A stretch of 64,000 bases of DNA. Origin: Candidatus Thorarchaeota archaeon (GTDB lineage: Archaea; Asgardarchaeota; Thorarchaeia; Thorarchaeales; Thorarchaeaceae). Positions 28,116 through 38,360 of this stretch are shown one piece after another. How positions within the stretch are numbered: position 1 is the first letter of the stretch; every line of letters begins with the position of its first letter. A program made the translations under genes and the position numbers. Location of the stretch: contig JAWAQK010000004.1 in NCBI GenBank assembly GCA_038893995.1, positions 5,837-69,836 of the forward strand. The letters are read 5' to 3'. The notes below the pieces were generated by a model that did no database searches, was not told the DNA's origin, and saw only the letters and a list, made by a program, of their open reading frames with translations.

Positions 28116-28295
28116 CCATGTCCCAACACATATGTCGAATGCAGTGTCATTGAACGTGATTTACACCGTCAGGGGTCAGCTGAGCCTTTTCGTGGTCCAC
28201 AGGACTGTCTCCTTCAGTCCAGCTCCTGATAGCGCGGGCCGTGGCTCCAGTCAGTGGAGGCGGAAGTCGATAGGCACTCCGGCTCCACCCCTGGG

Positions 28296-29603
28296 CTACA
28301 GATCAAACCCGGTCCGACCAGTTCCCCATGACTCGAGGGCCCTGCGTAGCTCAACATGGTCCTCTGCATACTTCTTGAGGGGTATCTTGTTCATGACTGC
28401 ATCGATTGCCTGACGGAATGCCCTGGCACCGGCCCTTGGCCCGTCAGGATGTGCGTGAATGCCGCCCCCCGAGCCGATGACTATGTCTGGTCCCAGGTCT
28501 CCGACGACTTCGTCCACCATCCCAGGTGAGATACCTCCGCTAGGCATGGGTGCAGTCTGTCTGATGTGATGTAGAGGCATGACCATCTCCCTGGCCATTG
28601 CAATGAATCTCTCTTTCAGCAGTGGTGCTTTCCCATATGGGGCCGGAAATACAGTGATGTCAGAACCACAGATGCGTGGCAGCTTGCCTATGACGAGGTT
28701 GGTTCCCACTCCGGTTATTGGCGAATAGGACAGAGCACCCGTTATGTCCATGTGAGCCAGTACGGGCACGTTTAGCGATGGGTCCTCACATACATGGCGG
28801 AACGCGGAATACCCCACTGCGAGGAAGTTTATCATCAGTGCATTTGCACCAAGCTCTATTGCCCGCTCTGCGTTCTCGAACATCTTCGGGACCTCGTCCG
28901 TGATGTTCACCGTGAAGAGCGTCTTCTCTCCCTTCTCCGAGTTGGCCCGGTCAATGGCCTCCATGAATAGTGGGATTCTCTCCTCGATGGAGTTGAAACA
29001 GGCATTCGCGAGGAGTTCGTCATCCTTGATTATGTCCGCTCCGCCGGCCGCAGCCTCGTAACAGAGACTCGCACCCAGTTTGGCCGAAGTATACACACAG
29101 GGCTTGATCATATTGTTGAGCAGCGGGCGTTCCTTCACCCCGAGCAGCTTTCTGAGACCCTCGATGCCGAACTTTGGTCCCTTGAACTCCTTCAGCCAAC
29201 TCTGTGGAAACCTGAGGTCTAGGAGCTTTATCCTGCCACCAAGAGATATGTTTCCCACCACCGTGCTCAGGAGCATCGGTATCTGAGCCCCAAAGTTCTC
29301 CCACGGAAAGGCTACCTGAATGATGTACTCTCGTCTCTCGAGGTCCTTGGGAATGCTATACTCATACTGGGGGACCTCGTACACGCCGATTACCCTTGCA
29401 ATATGCCGTCTCCTCACATCGGGAGTTTCTCCTGGCACTGGTGTCCAAGTACCAGTGCTCTGCTCCACTGCGGCAGCATGAGCTACCTCTCTCGCATCTA
29501 TGAATGGAGGTAATCCAACATAGTACGTACCTATCACATACTTCTCCGGGTCAATCGCATCGGCAAGTGCGTCTGGCAGGGAATCGAGTGGCTCTCTGTG
29601 CAT
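28296..29603 (-). CDS. RuBisCO large-subunit-like protein (form-III-related; probably non-carboxylating form IV / RLP)
   Basis: EQSTGTW, IIKDDE, PSGGISPG and GGGIHAHPDGPRAGARAFRQAIDAV are clearly RbcL-family. However, KPK is KPC, HRAMH is HMDIT, and the H327-equivalent is T (see findings). Confidence 0.85.
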   Translation of the reverse strand: MHREPLDSLPDALADAIDPEKYVIGTYYVGLPPFIDAREVAHAAAVEQSTGTWTPVPGETPDVRRRHIARVIGVYEVPQYEYSIPKDLERREYIIQVAFPWENFGAQIPMLLSTVVGNISLGGRIKLLDLRFPQSWLKEFKGPKFGIEGLRKLLGVKERPLLNNMIKPCVYTSAKLGASLCYEAAAGGADIIKDDELLANACFNSIEERIPLFMEAIDRANSEKGEKTLFTVNITDEVPKMFENAERAIELGANALMINFLAVGYSAFRHVCEDPSLNVPVLAHMDITGALSYSPITGVGTNLVIGKLPRICGSDITVFPAPYGKAPLLKERFIAMAREMVMPLHHIRQTAPMPSGGISPGMVDEVVGDLGPDIVIGSGGGIHAHPDGPRAGARAFRQAIDAVMNKIPLKKYAEDHVELRRALESWGTGRTGFDL

Positions 29604-29777
29604 CTTGATCGTCAGTTTCTTCGGCCTACTGTCTATTATTTCCTTCTGAAGGGACAGCCGCGCCCATGTTCTTCAGTCTCCCACTCGCAACAGGGCTGGA
29701 CGACCTCTATTTGTGACAAGGCCAGCATGAGGGGATTCTGGAGTACACGCGGGCGGAAGTGTCCCATAGCTTGGTTT

Positions 29778-31424
29778 ATGAGTAGATGGCTCGGCAATCA
29801 CCCAGAAAACAAAGGGAGCCTTAGATTCACGTTGAGACCCATCCTCGAGATTGCCCGGAGTATTGGTATTCCAGACGATTGCGTTGAACCTTACGGACAG
29901 TACATGGCAAAGATAAGCCTCAGGGCAAGGGATGTTCTGAAGGAGCGGCGTGGTCGTCTCATTCTTGTGACCGCGACAACTCCGACTCCCTCTGGAGAGG
30001 GCAAGACTACCAATGCAATCGGACTGTCGATGGCCCTGAATAGGCTGGGCTATAGTGCGGTGGTCACGCTCAGGGAACCATCATTGGGCCCAGTCTTTGG
30101 TGTGAAGGGCGGTGCCGCTGGTGGCGGGAGGTCTCAGGTCCTCCCGTCCGAGAGGATCAATCTCTTGTTCACGGGGGACTTTCCGGCAGTCAGTGCAGCA
30201 CACAATCTGTTGGCTGCGATGATCGACAATCACATCTACCAGGGGAATGCACTCGGAATAGATGTCGTAAAGGTGAGCTGGCCGCGCACCGTAGACATGA
30301 ATGATCGTGCTCTCAGGGAGATAGTTGTTGCGCTGGGTCAGAAGAACGGCATCCCCCGCGAGACATCGTTCGTGATAACAGCAGCCTCGGAGGTCATGGC
30401 CATTCTTGCCCTTGCAAAGGACTATGAAGACCTACGAGAGCGGCTTGGTAGGATTGTAGTCGGAGCGACCACAACAAAGGAAGATGTGTGCGCGCGGGAT
30501 CTCAAGGCTGATGGTGCAATGAGCGTTCTCCTCAGGGATGCACTCATGCCCAATCTCGTCCAGACCTCGGAGGGCACTCCGGCAATCGTCCACACAGGTC
30601 CATTTGCGAACATTGCACACGGTACCAACTCGGTGATTGCCATAGATATGGCACTAAGGCTCTTCGACTACGTGGTTGTCGAGGCCGGCTTCGGAGCTGA
30701 CCTTGGTGCCGAGAAGTTTGTCAACATTGTGTCCCGCGTTGGAAACTTCAATATCGACGCGGTTGCACTCATCACCTCGATTCGTGCCCTGGAGGAGCAT
30801 GGCAAAGGTGATCTTAGGGCGGGATTCCCCAACCTGGAGGTACATGCCGAGAACATACACAGCTGGGGGCTCCCTCTTGTCGTGGTACTCAATCGTTTCC
30901 CTGACGATACATCCGAGAAGATCGACATCCTCAGGAAGCTCTGTCAGGACCGGGGCTGGCAGTTCGAGGTCTCCGAGGTGTACGCCAAGGGCAGTGAGGG
31001 CGGACTGTCTGTGGCCAGAGCCGTTGTAGAAGCGGCTAGCAAGGGTTCTGAACTGAGAAGGACCTACGAACTGAGTGACAGCATCAAGTCGAAGATAGAG
31101 AAGGTCGCTAAGCAGGTGTATCATGCCTCAAGGGTGTCCTATTCGGAAGACGCAGAGAGTCAGCTAAGACGACTTGAAAAGCGGGGATACGGCAGCCTGC
31201 CGGTCTGCATTGCTAAGACTCAATTCTCGATATCAGACAACCCGAAGCTCAAGGGCCGACCCAGCGGCTTCGAAGTCTCTGTCCGTGAGGTCGAGCTGAA
31301 CGCAGGTGCGGGCTTCATCGTGGTCCTGATGGGAGACATACTCAGAATGCCCGGACTGCCCAAGCAACCTGCAGCAGAGGGGATGAGCATCGATGAAAAT
31401 GGAGAAATATCAGGAGTCTTTTGA
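29778..31424 (+). CDS. fhs: Formate--tetrahydrofolate ligase
   Basis: TPTPSGEGKTT P-loop, EPSLGPVFGVKGGAAGGG and FAVSEVYAKGSEGG-type blocks. 548 aa from ATG 29778. Confidence 0.9.
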   Translation: MSRWLGNHPENKGSLRFTLRPILEIARSIGIPDDCVEPYGQYMAKISLRARDVLKERRGRLILVTATTPTPSGEGKTTNAIGLSMALNRLGYSAVVTLREPSLGPVFGVKGGAAGGGRSQVLPSERINLLFTGDFPAVSAAHNLLAAMIDNHIYQGNALGIDVVKVSWPRTVDMNDRALREIVVALGQKNGIPRETSFVITAASEVMAILALAKDYEDLRERLGRIVVGATTTKEDVCARDLKADGAMSVLLRDALMPNLVQTSEGTPAIVHTGPFANIAHGTNSVIAIDMALRLFDYVVVEAGFGADLGAEKFVNIVSRVGNFNIDAVALITSIRALEEHGKGDLRAGFPNLEVHAENIHSWGLPLVVVLNRFPDDTSEKIDILRKLCQDRGWQFEVSEVYAKGSEGGLSVARAVVEAASKGSELRRTYELSDSIKSKIEKVAKQVYHASRVSYSEDAESQLRRLEKRGYGSLPVCIAKTQFSISDNPKLKGRPSGFEVSVREVELNAGAGFIVVLMGDILRMPGLPKQPAAEGMSIDENGEISGVF

Positions 31425-31440
31425 TTGATGGTGAATCGAG

Positions 31441-32376
31441 TTGACGACCTTTGAGATAGGCCCCACAGACTTCTGCAAGGACCGTGTCATCGACGGAAAG
31501 GCCCTCTCAGAAGCTATCCGTCAAGAGATAGAGAGGGAGGTGCATCATCTGACCGAGGAGCACGGAATCCCTCCGAAACTTGCGACGGTCCTAGTCGGTG
31601 ATGACCCAGGGTCCAAGATGTATGTCCGCATGAAACACAAGGCCTGTCAGAAGGTGGGCATACTCTCCGCCAACTACGACCTTCCGGGAAACACCACGCA
31701 GGATGAGCTGCTGGAGCTGGTTCGGCGACTCAATAACGATCCCACCGTTCATGGCATCCTCGTTCAGCTGCCTCTTCCGCGACATATCAATGAGGAAACG
31801 ATCCTGAGTGAGATCGACCCGTTGAAGGATGTTGACGGTTTCTCGCCAAGAAACATCTATCGACTCTTCAACGGGGCTGAGATGCTCAGTGCAGCTACTC
31901 CTCAGGGAATTGCAGTCATGCTCGACCATCTTGGCATCGAGTTGGAGGGGAAGCATGCCGTAATCGTCAACAGGTCGAACATAGTGGGTAAACCCCTCAT
32001 ATTCCTGCTGCTCAACCGGAACATGACTGTGACTATCTGTCACTCCCGCACGAAAGACCTTGCACAACATACCCGGAATGCCGATGTGCTAGTCACGGCC
32101 ATAGGCCGGAGGAAGTCGGCTGAGGACCCGTTCTTCATCACTGCAGACATGGTCAAGGAGGGGGCCGTTGTCATCGACGTTGCCACTCCTTATGGGGACT
32201 GCGACTTTGAGTCGCTGAAGTGCAAGGTGTCCTATATAACGCCAGTACCCGGCGGCGTCGGTCCGATGACGATCACAATGTTGCTCAAGAACGTACTGGC
32301 GTCCTACTCGTTCCAACAGGCTCAGACAAACGTCCTCAGCGCCGATGCTCTCGACTACGGGGCCTATATCTCATGA
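31441..32376 (+). CDS. folD: Bifunctional 5,10-methylene-THF dehydrogenase / methenyl-THF cyclohydrolase
   Basis: IDGKALS, LATVLVGDDPGSKMYVRMKHKAC, VIVNRSNIVGKPL, TPVPGGVGPMT. TTG start. Confidence 0.9.
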   Translation: MTTFEIGPTDFCKDRVIDGKALSEAIRQEIEREVHHLTEEHGIPPKLATVLVGDDPGSKMYVRMKHKACQKVGILSANYDLPGNTTQDELLELVRRLNNDPTVHGILVQLPLPRHINEETILSEIDPLKDVDGFSPRNIYRLFNGAEMLSAATPQGIAVMLDHLGIELEGKHAVIVNRSNIVGKPLIFLLLNRNMTVTICHSRTKDLAQHTRNADVLVTAIGRRKSAEDPFFITADMVKEGAVVIDVATPYGDCDFESLKCKVSYITPVPGGVGPMTITMLLKNVLASYSFQQAQTNVLSADALDYGAYIS

Positions 32377-32426
32377 CCACAACCCCAAATCCTTTTGAGT
32401 CATAGTCGTTGCATCGCGCCCAGTGA

Positions 32427-33995
32427 GTGCCCTTGAAGATAGTCGAGTGCGTTCCCAATTTCTCAGAGGGACGGAGAAAGGATGTGATTGACGCCATTGC
32501 TGACGCAATAAGAGGCGTTGAGGGAGTCAGGCTGCTTGATGTTGAGTCTGACTACGATCACAATCGCTCTGTCTTCACATTCATAGGAGAGCCTGAGAAG
32601 GTCAAGCTGGCCGCCCTCAGGGCTGCAGAAGTTGCTGTCGAGAAGATCGACCTGAACCATCACAGGGGGGCCCATCCTCGGATGGGTGCTGTGGACGTCG
32701 TCCCGTTTGTCCCCCTTCACGGCGTCACCATAGGTGAGTGCATCGAGCTGTCGAGACAATTTGCTCAGGAATTCTCGTCCAAGTGCAACGTTCCCGTATA
32801 CCTCTATGCCAAGTCGGCCACTCGACCCGAGCGCAGGGAGTTGCCAAATATTCGTGAGGGCGAGTTCGAGGGACTTCGGGAACTCATTGGCACTGATCCT
32901 AGCAAGGACCCTGACTATGGACCCAAGAGGATACATCCCACAGCTGGGTGCACTGCCACCGGTGCTCGCAACTTCCTAATAGCGTTCAATTGCAACCTCA
33001 ACACCAGAGATGTGAGAGTCGCAAAGGCATGCGCCGATGCTGTCCGGAGCACTACTGGCGGATTCGTGAATGTCCAGGGAATTGGACTCGACTTGCCCGA
33101 GAAGAACATGGTACAGGTATCGATGAATCTGACCCATCCAAGGATGACCAAGATACATCAGGTACTGGAGGCCGTGAGGACTGAGGCAAGGAGATTTGGG
33201 GCCACCGTCGTAGAAACTGAGATTGTTGGCATGATTCCCCTATTTGCTGTGCTAGATGTGTTCAGGTACTACGTTCAGCCTGCCAAGTTCGACGAGTCAA
33301 TGATACTCGACCTGCACTACCTTGGAAACGGTACATCAGTCGGAAAGAAGGGCTTTACCGATATGTCGCTCATAGAATTCGGTGACGAGGTCCGCAGGGC
33401 AAGGGCGACACCTGGAGGAGGTAGTGTGTCTGCGGTCATGGGCTCTTATGGTGCAGGACTTGTCTGCATGGTGACGGGTCTCTCTCTCACAGGCCGCAAG
33501 TTCGCAGCAATCAAGGAAGAGATGCTGGAGCTCCGTCACTCGGTAGAGAATGACCGAGGTGTGCTCATGGGACTCGTGGAGCGCGACTCTGAGGCCTTCG
33601 ACCAGGTAATGAACGCATACAGACTCCCAGATGACACACCCGAGCAGAGGGCAGAGAAGGAGGCAAAGATCCAGGAGACAACCATTCATGCGGCTGAGGT
33701 ACCACTGGAAACAATGCGTCATTCACTCAATGCGCTCCGTGGAGCCCGCATAGCTGCAGAGAAGGGCAATATCAATGCCATAACCGATGCGGGTGTGGCT
33801 GCACATGCACTCGTGGCTGCAATCGAGGGGGCCGCTCTGAATGTCCGCGTGAATCTTGCAAACATCAGAGATACTGAGCTGAGGAGCCGGATGAGTGCAG
33901 AAGTCGAGGACATCATTGCAGAGGCTCGAGGCATAAAGGACGAGACCATTGCGATCGTGGAGAGAAGGATGAGAGAGCTGGCCGAGAATAAGTGA
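32427..33995 (+). CDS. ftcD: Fused glutamate formimidoyltransferase / formimidoyl-THF cyclodeaminase
   Basis: N-terminal IVECVPNFSEGR and GAHPRMGAVDVVPF (transferase). C-terminal PGGGSVSAVMGSYGAGLVCMV helical domain (cyclodeaminase). Confidence 0.82.
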   Translation: MPLKIVECVPNFSEGRRKDVIDAIADAIRGVEGVRLLDVESDYDHNRSVFTFIGEPEKVKLAALRAAEVAVEKIDLNHHRGAHPRMGAVDVVPFVPLHGVTIGECIELSRQFAQEFSSKCNVPVYLYAKSATRPERRELPNIREGEFEGLRELIGTDPSKDPDYGPKRIHPTAGCTATGARNFLIAFNCNLNTRDVRVAKACADAVRSTTGGFVNVQGIGLDLPEKNMVQVSMNLTHPRMTKIHQVLEAVRTEARRFGATVVETEIVGMIPLFAVLDVFRYYVQPAKFDESMILDLHYLGNGTSVGKKGFTDMSLIEFGDEVRRARATPGGGSVSAVMGSYGAGLVCMVTGLSLTGRKFAAIKEEMLELRHSVENDRGVLMGLVERDSEAFDQVMNAYRLPDDTPEQRAEKEAKIQETTIHAAEVPLETMRHSLNALRGARIAAEKGNINAITDAGVAAHALVAAIEGAALNVRVNLANIRDTELRSRMSAEVEDIIAEARGIKDETIAIVERRMRELAENK

Positions 33996-34120
33996 TCATC
34001 ATGAACACGACGTCAGTGAGTGCAGGCCCACGAGTATGGACCGTGTAGCCTGTGTACATGTTGTGATAGGCACGGTCTGGTAGCAGGTCGGTTCACGCAC
34101 TAAGACATATAACCCCTCAG

Positions 34121-34915
34121 ATGGGTCTTAGCCCAGTTCAGATGATCGAGGCCGTCTCACTCACCAAGAAGTTCAACGAGTTTGTTGCCGTCAACAACCT
34201 GTCCTTTTCAGTCAACAGCGGCGAGATATACGGCCTGCTTGGGCCAAATGGCTCGGGTAAGTCAACCACCATGCGTATGCTCCTAGGGCTGTTGAGACCC
34301 ACTGCCGGAACTGCAAGGATCTCGGGGTTTGACATCCGGACTCAGACTGTTGATGCTAAGAGACTCATCGGCTATGTCCCCGAAGAACCCGTTCTGCCAG
34401 AACGTCTCACGGGGTGGGAGTACGTCAACTATGTTGCGGATATCTGGCGAGTGCCCCGCGGTACCGAGCGTGAGGAAGAGATCGAGCGTCTGCTCAAACT
34501 GCTAGATCTGACAGACGCCAGCGATGACCTCATCGAGACATATTCGAAGGGAATGTCACGGAAGATAGGGCTGATTGCTGCGCTGATACATAGGCCACGC
34601 GTATTGATCCTTGACGAGATACAGGCAGGAATCGACCCTCGGGGCGCTGCCACAATAAAAGAGATACTACTCGGCCTCAAGGCACACGGAGCAACCATTC
34701 TGATGTCGACCCATATACTCGAGATAGCCGAAAGGATGTGTGACAGAGTGGGAATCATCATGAAGGGCTCGATGGTTGCAGAGGGTACTATGGCTGAACT
34801 CCGAAAGCAGGCAAGGGGAGAAACATCCCTTGAGGAGATATTCCTGAGTCTGACGGGAGGTCCTGATGTCCAGCTGATTGCAGAGTATCTCAGTAGGAGT
34901 GGCGAGAGCAATTGA
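34121..34915 (+). CDS. ABC transporter ATP-binding protein
   Basis: Walker A GPNGSGKST, signature-like YSKGMSRK, Walker B VLILDE. Confidence 0.85.
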   Translation: MGLSPVQMIEAVSLTKKFNEFVAVNNLSFSVNSGEIYGLLGPNGSGKSTTMRMLLGLLRPTAGTARISGFDIRTQTVDAKRLIGYVPEEPVLPERLTGWEYVNYVADIWRVPRGTEREEEIERLLKLLDLTDASDDLIETYSKGMSRKIGLIAALIHRPRVLILDEIQAGIDPRGAATIKEILLGLKAHGATILMSTHILEIAERMCDRVGIIMKGSMVAEGTMAELRKQARGETSLEEIFLSLTGGPDVQLIAEYLSRSGESN

Positions 34916-36627
34916 ACTTCCGCGACATCATTTTCCTCCTGAAGATTGACATCAGGGAGAACTTCAGGCTCACAGGGACAGGCGGGAAGAGGTCGAAGGA
35001 GCCGTCTTACGGTCGATTGTTCTCGGTGCTCCTACCGTTTCTAGTCGCGGGGACCATCCTTTACATTACCGTTGAGCTCGGAACACTCTTCGGCTGGCCA
35101 ACGATCAGTCAAGTGCTTCGGGAGAACATTGCAGCTGGAAGCGTCCTGTTCAACGCAGTACTCATCTTCTCACTCGTGGGATCGATCGCTTTCTCTGCTT
35201 CGAGTGTTGCTAACAGCAGAAAGGTAGAATACCTGTTGATCATGCCGTTTCGCATCCGCACTATCTTCATGGAGAAGCTGTTACTATTCGTCCTCTACGG
35301 TTCAGCTATCTGGCTAGTCGGAGGAACACCCATCTTCCTGGCCCTGAGCATGCTGTCTGGACAGGCGATCTCGTATCTCTCTGCGGTGGCGTTCATAGTA
35401 CTTGTAGTCTGCACAGTGTCCATCGGCAGCTCCCTTGGTGGTATGGTCGGTCTTGCAGTCTCGAAGTTTCTCGCTGGTCGGAGGAGGCTCAAACAGGCAG
35501 GATATTTCATTGCAACCTCTGCCGCAATTGTCCTCAGTACGCTGTGGTACTACTCAATCTACTTTGACGACCAGGGACCGACATTCTTCACCTTGTTGAT
35601 CGACTTGGCCAACAGTCTGGGTTTCTCGTCCACATATTCCCCGGGACATGTGGTCAGTACGATCTCCCTGGGCCTCCTGGTGGGAGTACTGCCCGGACCG
35701 TACGGAATGATCTCTGGCACAGTGCTCGTCATCGCGGGTACTGGGCTGCCCTACGTGAATGCAGTCTTGAGCGAGTCCGCCCACTACAGTGGGTGGTTGT
35801 CGGTTGGTTCAGTGCGTGGTTCCAAGAGAACGGGCCCGGTCGCCAGGCATAGATGGTCTCCAAGGATTCCGTTTCCCGTGCAACTGAACCCTACTGTCAG
35901 CGTTTCTGTCTGGTACAACCTCACTAACATACGGCGTGAGGGTAGGATACTTGCCACCTATCTCCTGGGACCGTTGAGGATCCTGATCTTCTTGTTCATC
36001 CCTGTACTGGCCTCTCGGCCTAATGGCGTCCTCTCTCTGATCCTCCCATTAGTTGTCGCATCTGCGATGATTCCTGTTGCCAGTTCTTACGGGATGTTCT
36101 TCGCTGGTTTCGAGACGGTATACGAGGGAAAGAACCTGATGAACCTACAGCTCGCAGCCACGAACCTCCAGGACTATGTCAAGGGAAAGGTCTATAGCGC
36201 ACTTCCATTCTCGCTGGTAGCTTCCGTGATTGTCTCCATCCTATTGGTCACTGTGTCTCCAGCATGGTGGATATTCGCCCTGATACTGCCGTTTCTGACT
36301 ATATCCACCACAATGGTGGCAGGAAGCGTATCAGCAAACGCAGCTGCAAGGAGTGGCAACTTCAAGGCAGGACGGATGCTCACGCAACAGAGGGGCTCGG
36401 CAGTGAGGTATCCAATTGGGCTGTTTGCCACCTTGTCCGCATACGCGATCAACTACGGAATTGGAATCCTCATCATGGCTGTGGCCGCAGTTGCCATCCT
36501 GACCCATCCTCTTCTGGGTTTCGTAGTCCCTCTTATCTACCATCTGGTGTGCGTGCTGTTGACCAGACACTATACGCTGGCTGCAGGACGCAGACTCGCA
36601 GAGAGAGAGGTGACAGACTACCTGTGA
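34912..36627 (+). CDS. Polytopic membrane protein, putative ABC exporter permease
   Basis: 571 aa with more than 10 hydrophobic helices. Its start overlaps the ATPase stop by 4 nt. Confidence 0.55.
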   Translation: MNFRDIIFLLKIDIRENFRLTGTGGKRSKEPSYGRLFSVLLPFLVAGTILYITVELGTLFGWPTISQVLRENIAAGSVLFNAVLIFSLVGSIAFSASSVANSRKVEYLLIMPFRIRTIFMEKLLLFVLYGSAIWLVGGTPIFLALSMLSGQAISYLSAVAFIVLVVCTVSIGSSLGGMVGLAVSKFLAGRRRLKQAGYFIATSAAIVLSTLWYYSIYFDDQGPTFFTLLIDLANSLGFSSTYSPGHVVSTISLGLLVGVLPGPYGMISGTVLVIAGTGLPYVNAVLSESAHYSGWLSVGSVRGSKRTGPVARHRWSPRIPFPVQLNPTVSVSVWYNLTNIRREGRILATYLLGPLRILIFLFIPVLASRPNGVLSLILPLVVASAMIPVASSYGMFFAGFETVYEGKNLMNLQLAATNLQDYVKGKVYSALPFSLVASVIVSILLVTVSPAWWIFALILPFLTISTTMVAGSVSANAAARSGNFKAGRMLTQQRGSAVRYPIGLFATLSAYAINYGIGILIMAVAAVAILTHPLLGFVVPLIYHLVCVLLTRHYTLAAGRRLAEREVTDYL

Positions 36628-36631
36628 CATC

Positions 36632-37357
36632 CTATCCGAGAGTCCTTCCTATGACCCTGCCCGGGGGCACCAGTATGTCTGTGTCAAAGTACAGACCGAT
36701 CATCGTGCTCTCCACGTGGATCATAGACATGTCGTCGTCTGGGCATCCCTGAATGGTGACCTGCACATCTCCCGAGCGACCACTCTTGATCCTGTACTCA
36801 AGATCAGCAATTGTGATGACGTCTATGTCATTCCCCTCTCCGGTCACGGATGGCATGATCTTGACATTGACTGCCGGTCCGCTGTCTATCCACTCGCCGC
36901 TGTCAGTAAAGGTGCACGTAGCACTCATGATGACAGCATCATTCCTGATGGTCCTCGCGCGGAGGGTGTCTCCATCCCATTCCATCTCGGTCCTTGCCAT
37001 CTTTCTCGGAAATCCCCATATCTCCCGCCCTGCAGCAAGTGCAACATCGGAATCGACATAGTCTCTACAGAAGTGCACGCCGACTCTTTCCTCGTCACTC
37101 TCCGGGTCCTTGAACAGGCACTGAGCAAGAACAGAAGACTCCCTGAAAGTACCAGTCTCCCTACAGGGCTGCTCGGCAAACAGGAGTGCCATGAGATTCA
37201 TGTCAGACGGACGAAGAGGAGGCGGAAGGACACTCCTCAGGGACTCCTCTGGGGCGTAGAACAGAGCCAGGAACAGCCGTGCATTGTCATAGTGATATGG
37301 CGGCATGGGATACAGTGGGCTCGACAGGGGGATCACTCGCTCCCTCAACTTGGTCAC
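36632..37357 (-). CDS. Acetoacetate decarboxylase (ADC) family protein
   Basis: The N-terminal pattern PLSSPLYPMPPYHYDNARLFLALFYAPEESLRSVLPPPL resembles the ADC-family N-terminus. Length 241 aa. Confidence 0.5.
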   Translation of the reverse strand: MTKLRERVIPLSSPLYPMPPYHYDNARLFLALFYAPEESLRSVLPPPLRPSDMNLMALLFAEQPCRETGTFRESSVLAQCLFKDPESDEERVGVHFCRDYVDSDVALAAGREIWGFPRKMARTEMEWDGDTLRARTIRNDAVIMSATCTFTDSGEWIDSGPAVNVKIMPSVTGEGNDIDVITIADLEYRIKSGRSGDVQVTIQGCPDDDMSMIHVESTMIGLYFDTDILVPPGRVIGRTLG

Positions 37358-37434
37358 CTTCGTCTCTGGTCTCGCGAGTGACTATTGAATCTTGTCACCA
37401 CTTGCCCCACTAGGGTCCTCGATCGACTGTCCCC

Positions 37435-38316
37435 TCACAACGAGATCTTCTTGAATATCGCCGGCCACACAAATCCTCCGACCAATGCCACCACCGAGTA
37501 TCGCAGTACTCGGAGCCAAGCGTATGTGATTGGATCCGTGCTGGATATGAGCGCTGCAAGGCCGAACATCACTGCGAACACAATGACCAGTCCCACAACA
37601 GCTCTCACGATCCGTCTTGGTGTTGTCACATCGGTGCTGAATCCCACGTATCTCTTCTCGAGAGGCAATGCCACTGCAACTCCCATCATGAGACCGCCGA
37701 GGGCCCCAAAATTGTCGCTAGGAGGCAGTGGGACAACGTGAGTGGCAACGACCATCATGACGAGTCCAACGATGAAGAGAATGGTATAGAGGTGTTCGGT
37801 CTTGTATCTGGACAGGGTTTCTTCCAGGGGTTTCTCCAGATACACGAGCAGGATGACTGTCAACAGTCCTATGGCCCACCCGGAGATCACGTCACCGACA
37901 TAATGGACTCCTAGGTAGACTCTCGAGAGCCCTATCAGCGTAACTAGCACCACAGACGACAGGATCATCCACCACGTTCGCACCTTGAGGGAGAACCAAC
38001 CAAAGAGGGTCATCGAGTTCTGTGCATGGCCGCTGGGTGTGCTATACCCCTCGGCCATCTGATAACCCGGATAGAGAACTCCCTCCGGCCTGGGATTGGC
38101 AATTGCCAGTTTCAGCCAGTAGTTTGATACAACCGACACTAGAAGGACGAATATGGTGAGTATCGACTCCCTCTTCCTGAATGACCAGTAGCCAACTAGC
38201 AGGAGGGCAATGTAGAACATCTCAGAGCCAAGCTCCGTGATGACCTTGAAGAACTCGCCAGCTCCCGGCAGTATGTCGCGAAGGATATTGGTCAAGTTCG
38301 GATCGAACAGGAACAT
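37435..38316 (-). CDS. PAP2-family (type 2 phosphatidic acid / undecaprenyl-PP) phosphatase
   Basis: The three PAP2 motifs are present: KLAIANPRP, PSGH, SRVYLGVHYVGDV. Internal ATG 38316 chosen. Confidence 0.8.
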   Translation of the reverse strand: MFLFDPNLTNILRDILPGAGEFFKVITELGSEMFYIALLLVGYWSFRKRESILTIFVLLVSVVSNYWLKLAIANPRPEGVLYPGYQMAEGYSTPSGHAQNSMTLFGWFSLKVRTWWMILSSVVLVTLIGLSRVYLGVHYVGDVISGWAIGLLTVILLVYLEKPLEETLSRYKTEHLYTILFIVGLVMMVVATHVVPLPPSDNFGALGGLMMGVAVALPLEKRYVGFSTDVTTPRRIVRAVVGLVIVFAVMFGLAALISSTDPITYAWLRVLRYSVVALVGGFVWPAIFKKISL

Positions 38317-38360
38317 GTCACATCCCCACAACAGATTCGTTGAACCAGTGCGAAGGCCTG

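Noticed and set aside
28296-29603. Calling this a bona fide form III carboxylating RuBisCO
   Set aside because: By-eye alignment shows the KPK, HRAxH and H327 positions substituted (KPC, HMDIT, T), so an RLP call is safer.
29598-29777. 5' extension of the fhs ORF overlapping the RLP start codon
   Set aside because: The 60 extra residues do not resemble formate-THF ligase. The region is better explained as the divergent promoter spacer.
36716-37381. 221-aa plus-strand ORF
   Set aside because: Antisense to the ADC-family gene, which has the better family match. His/Cys/Arg-rich composition looks non-coding.
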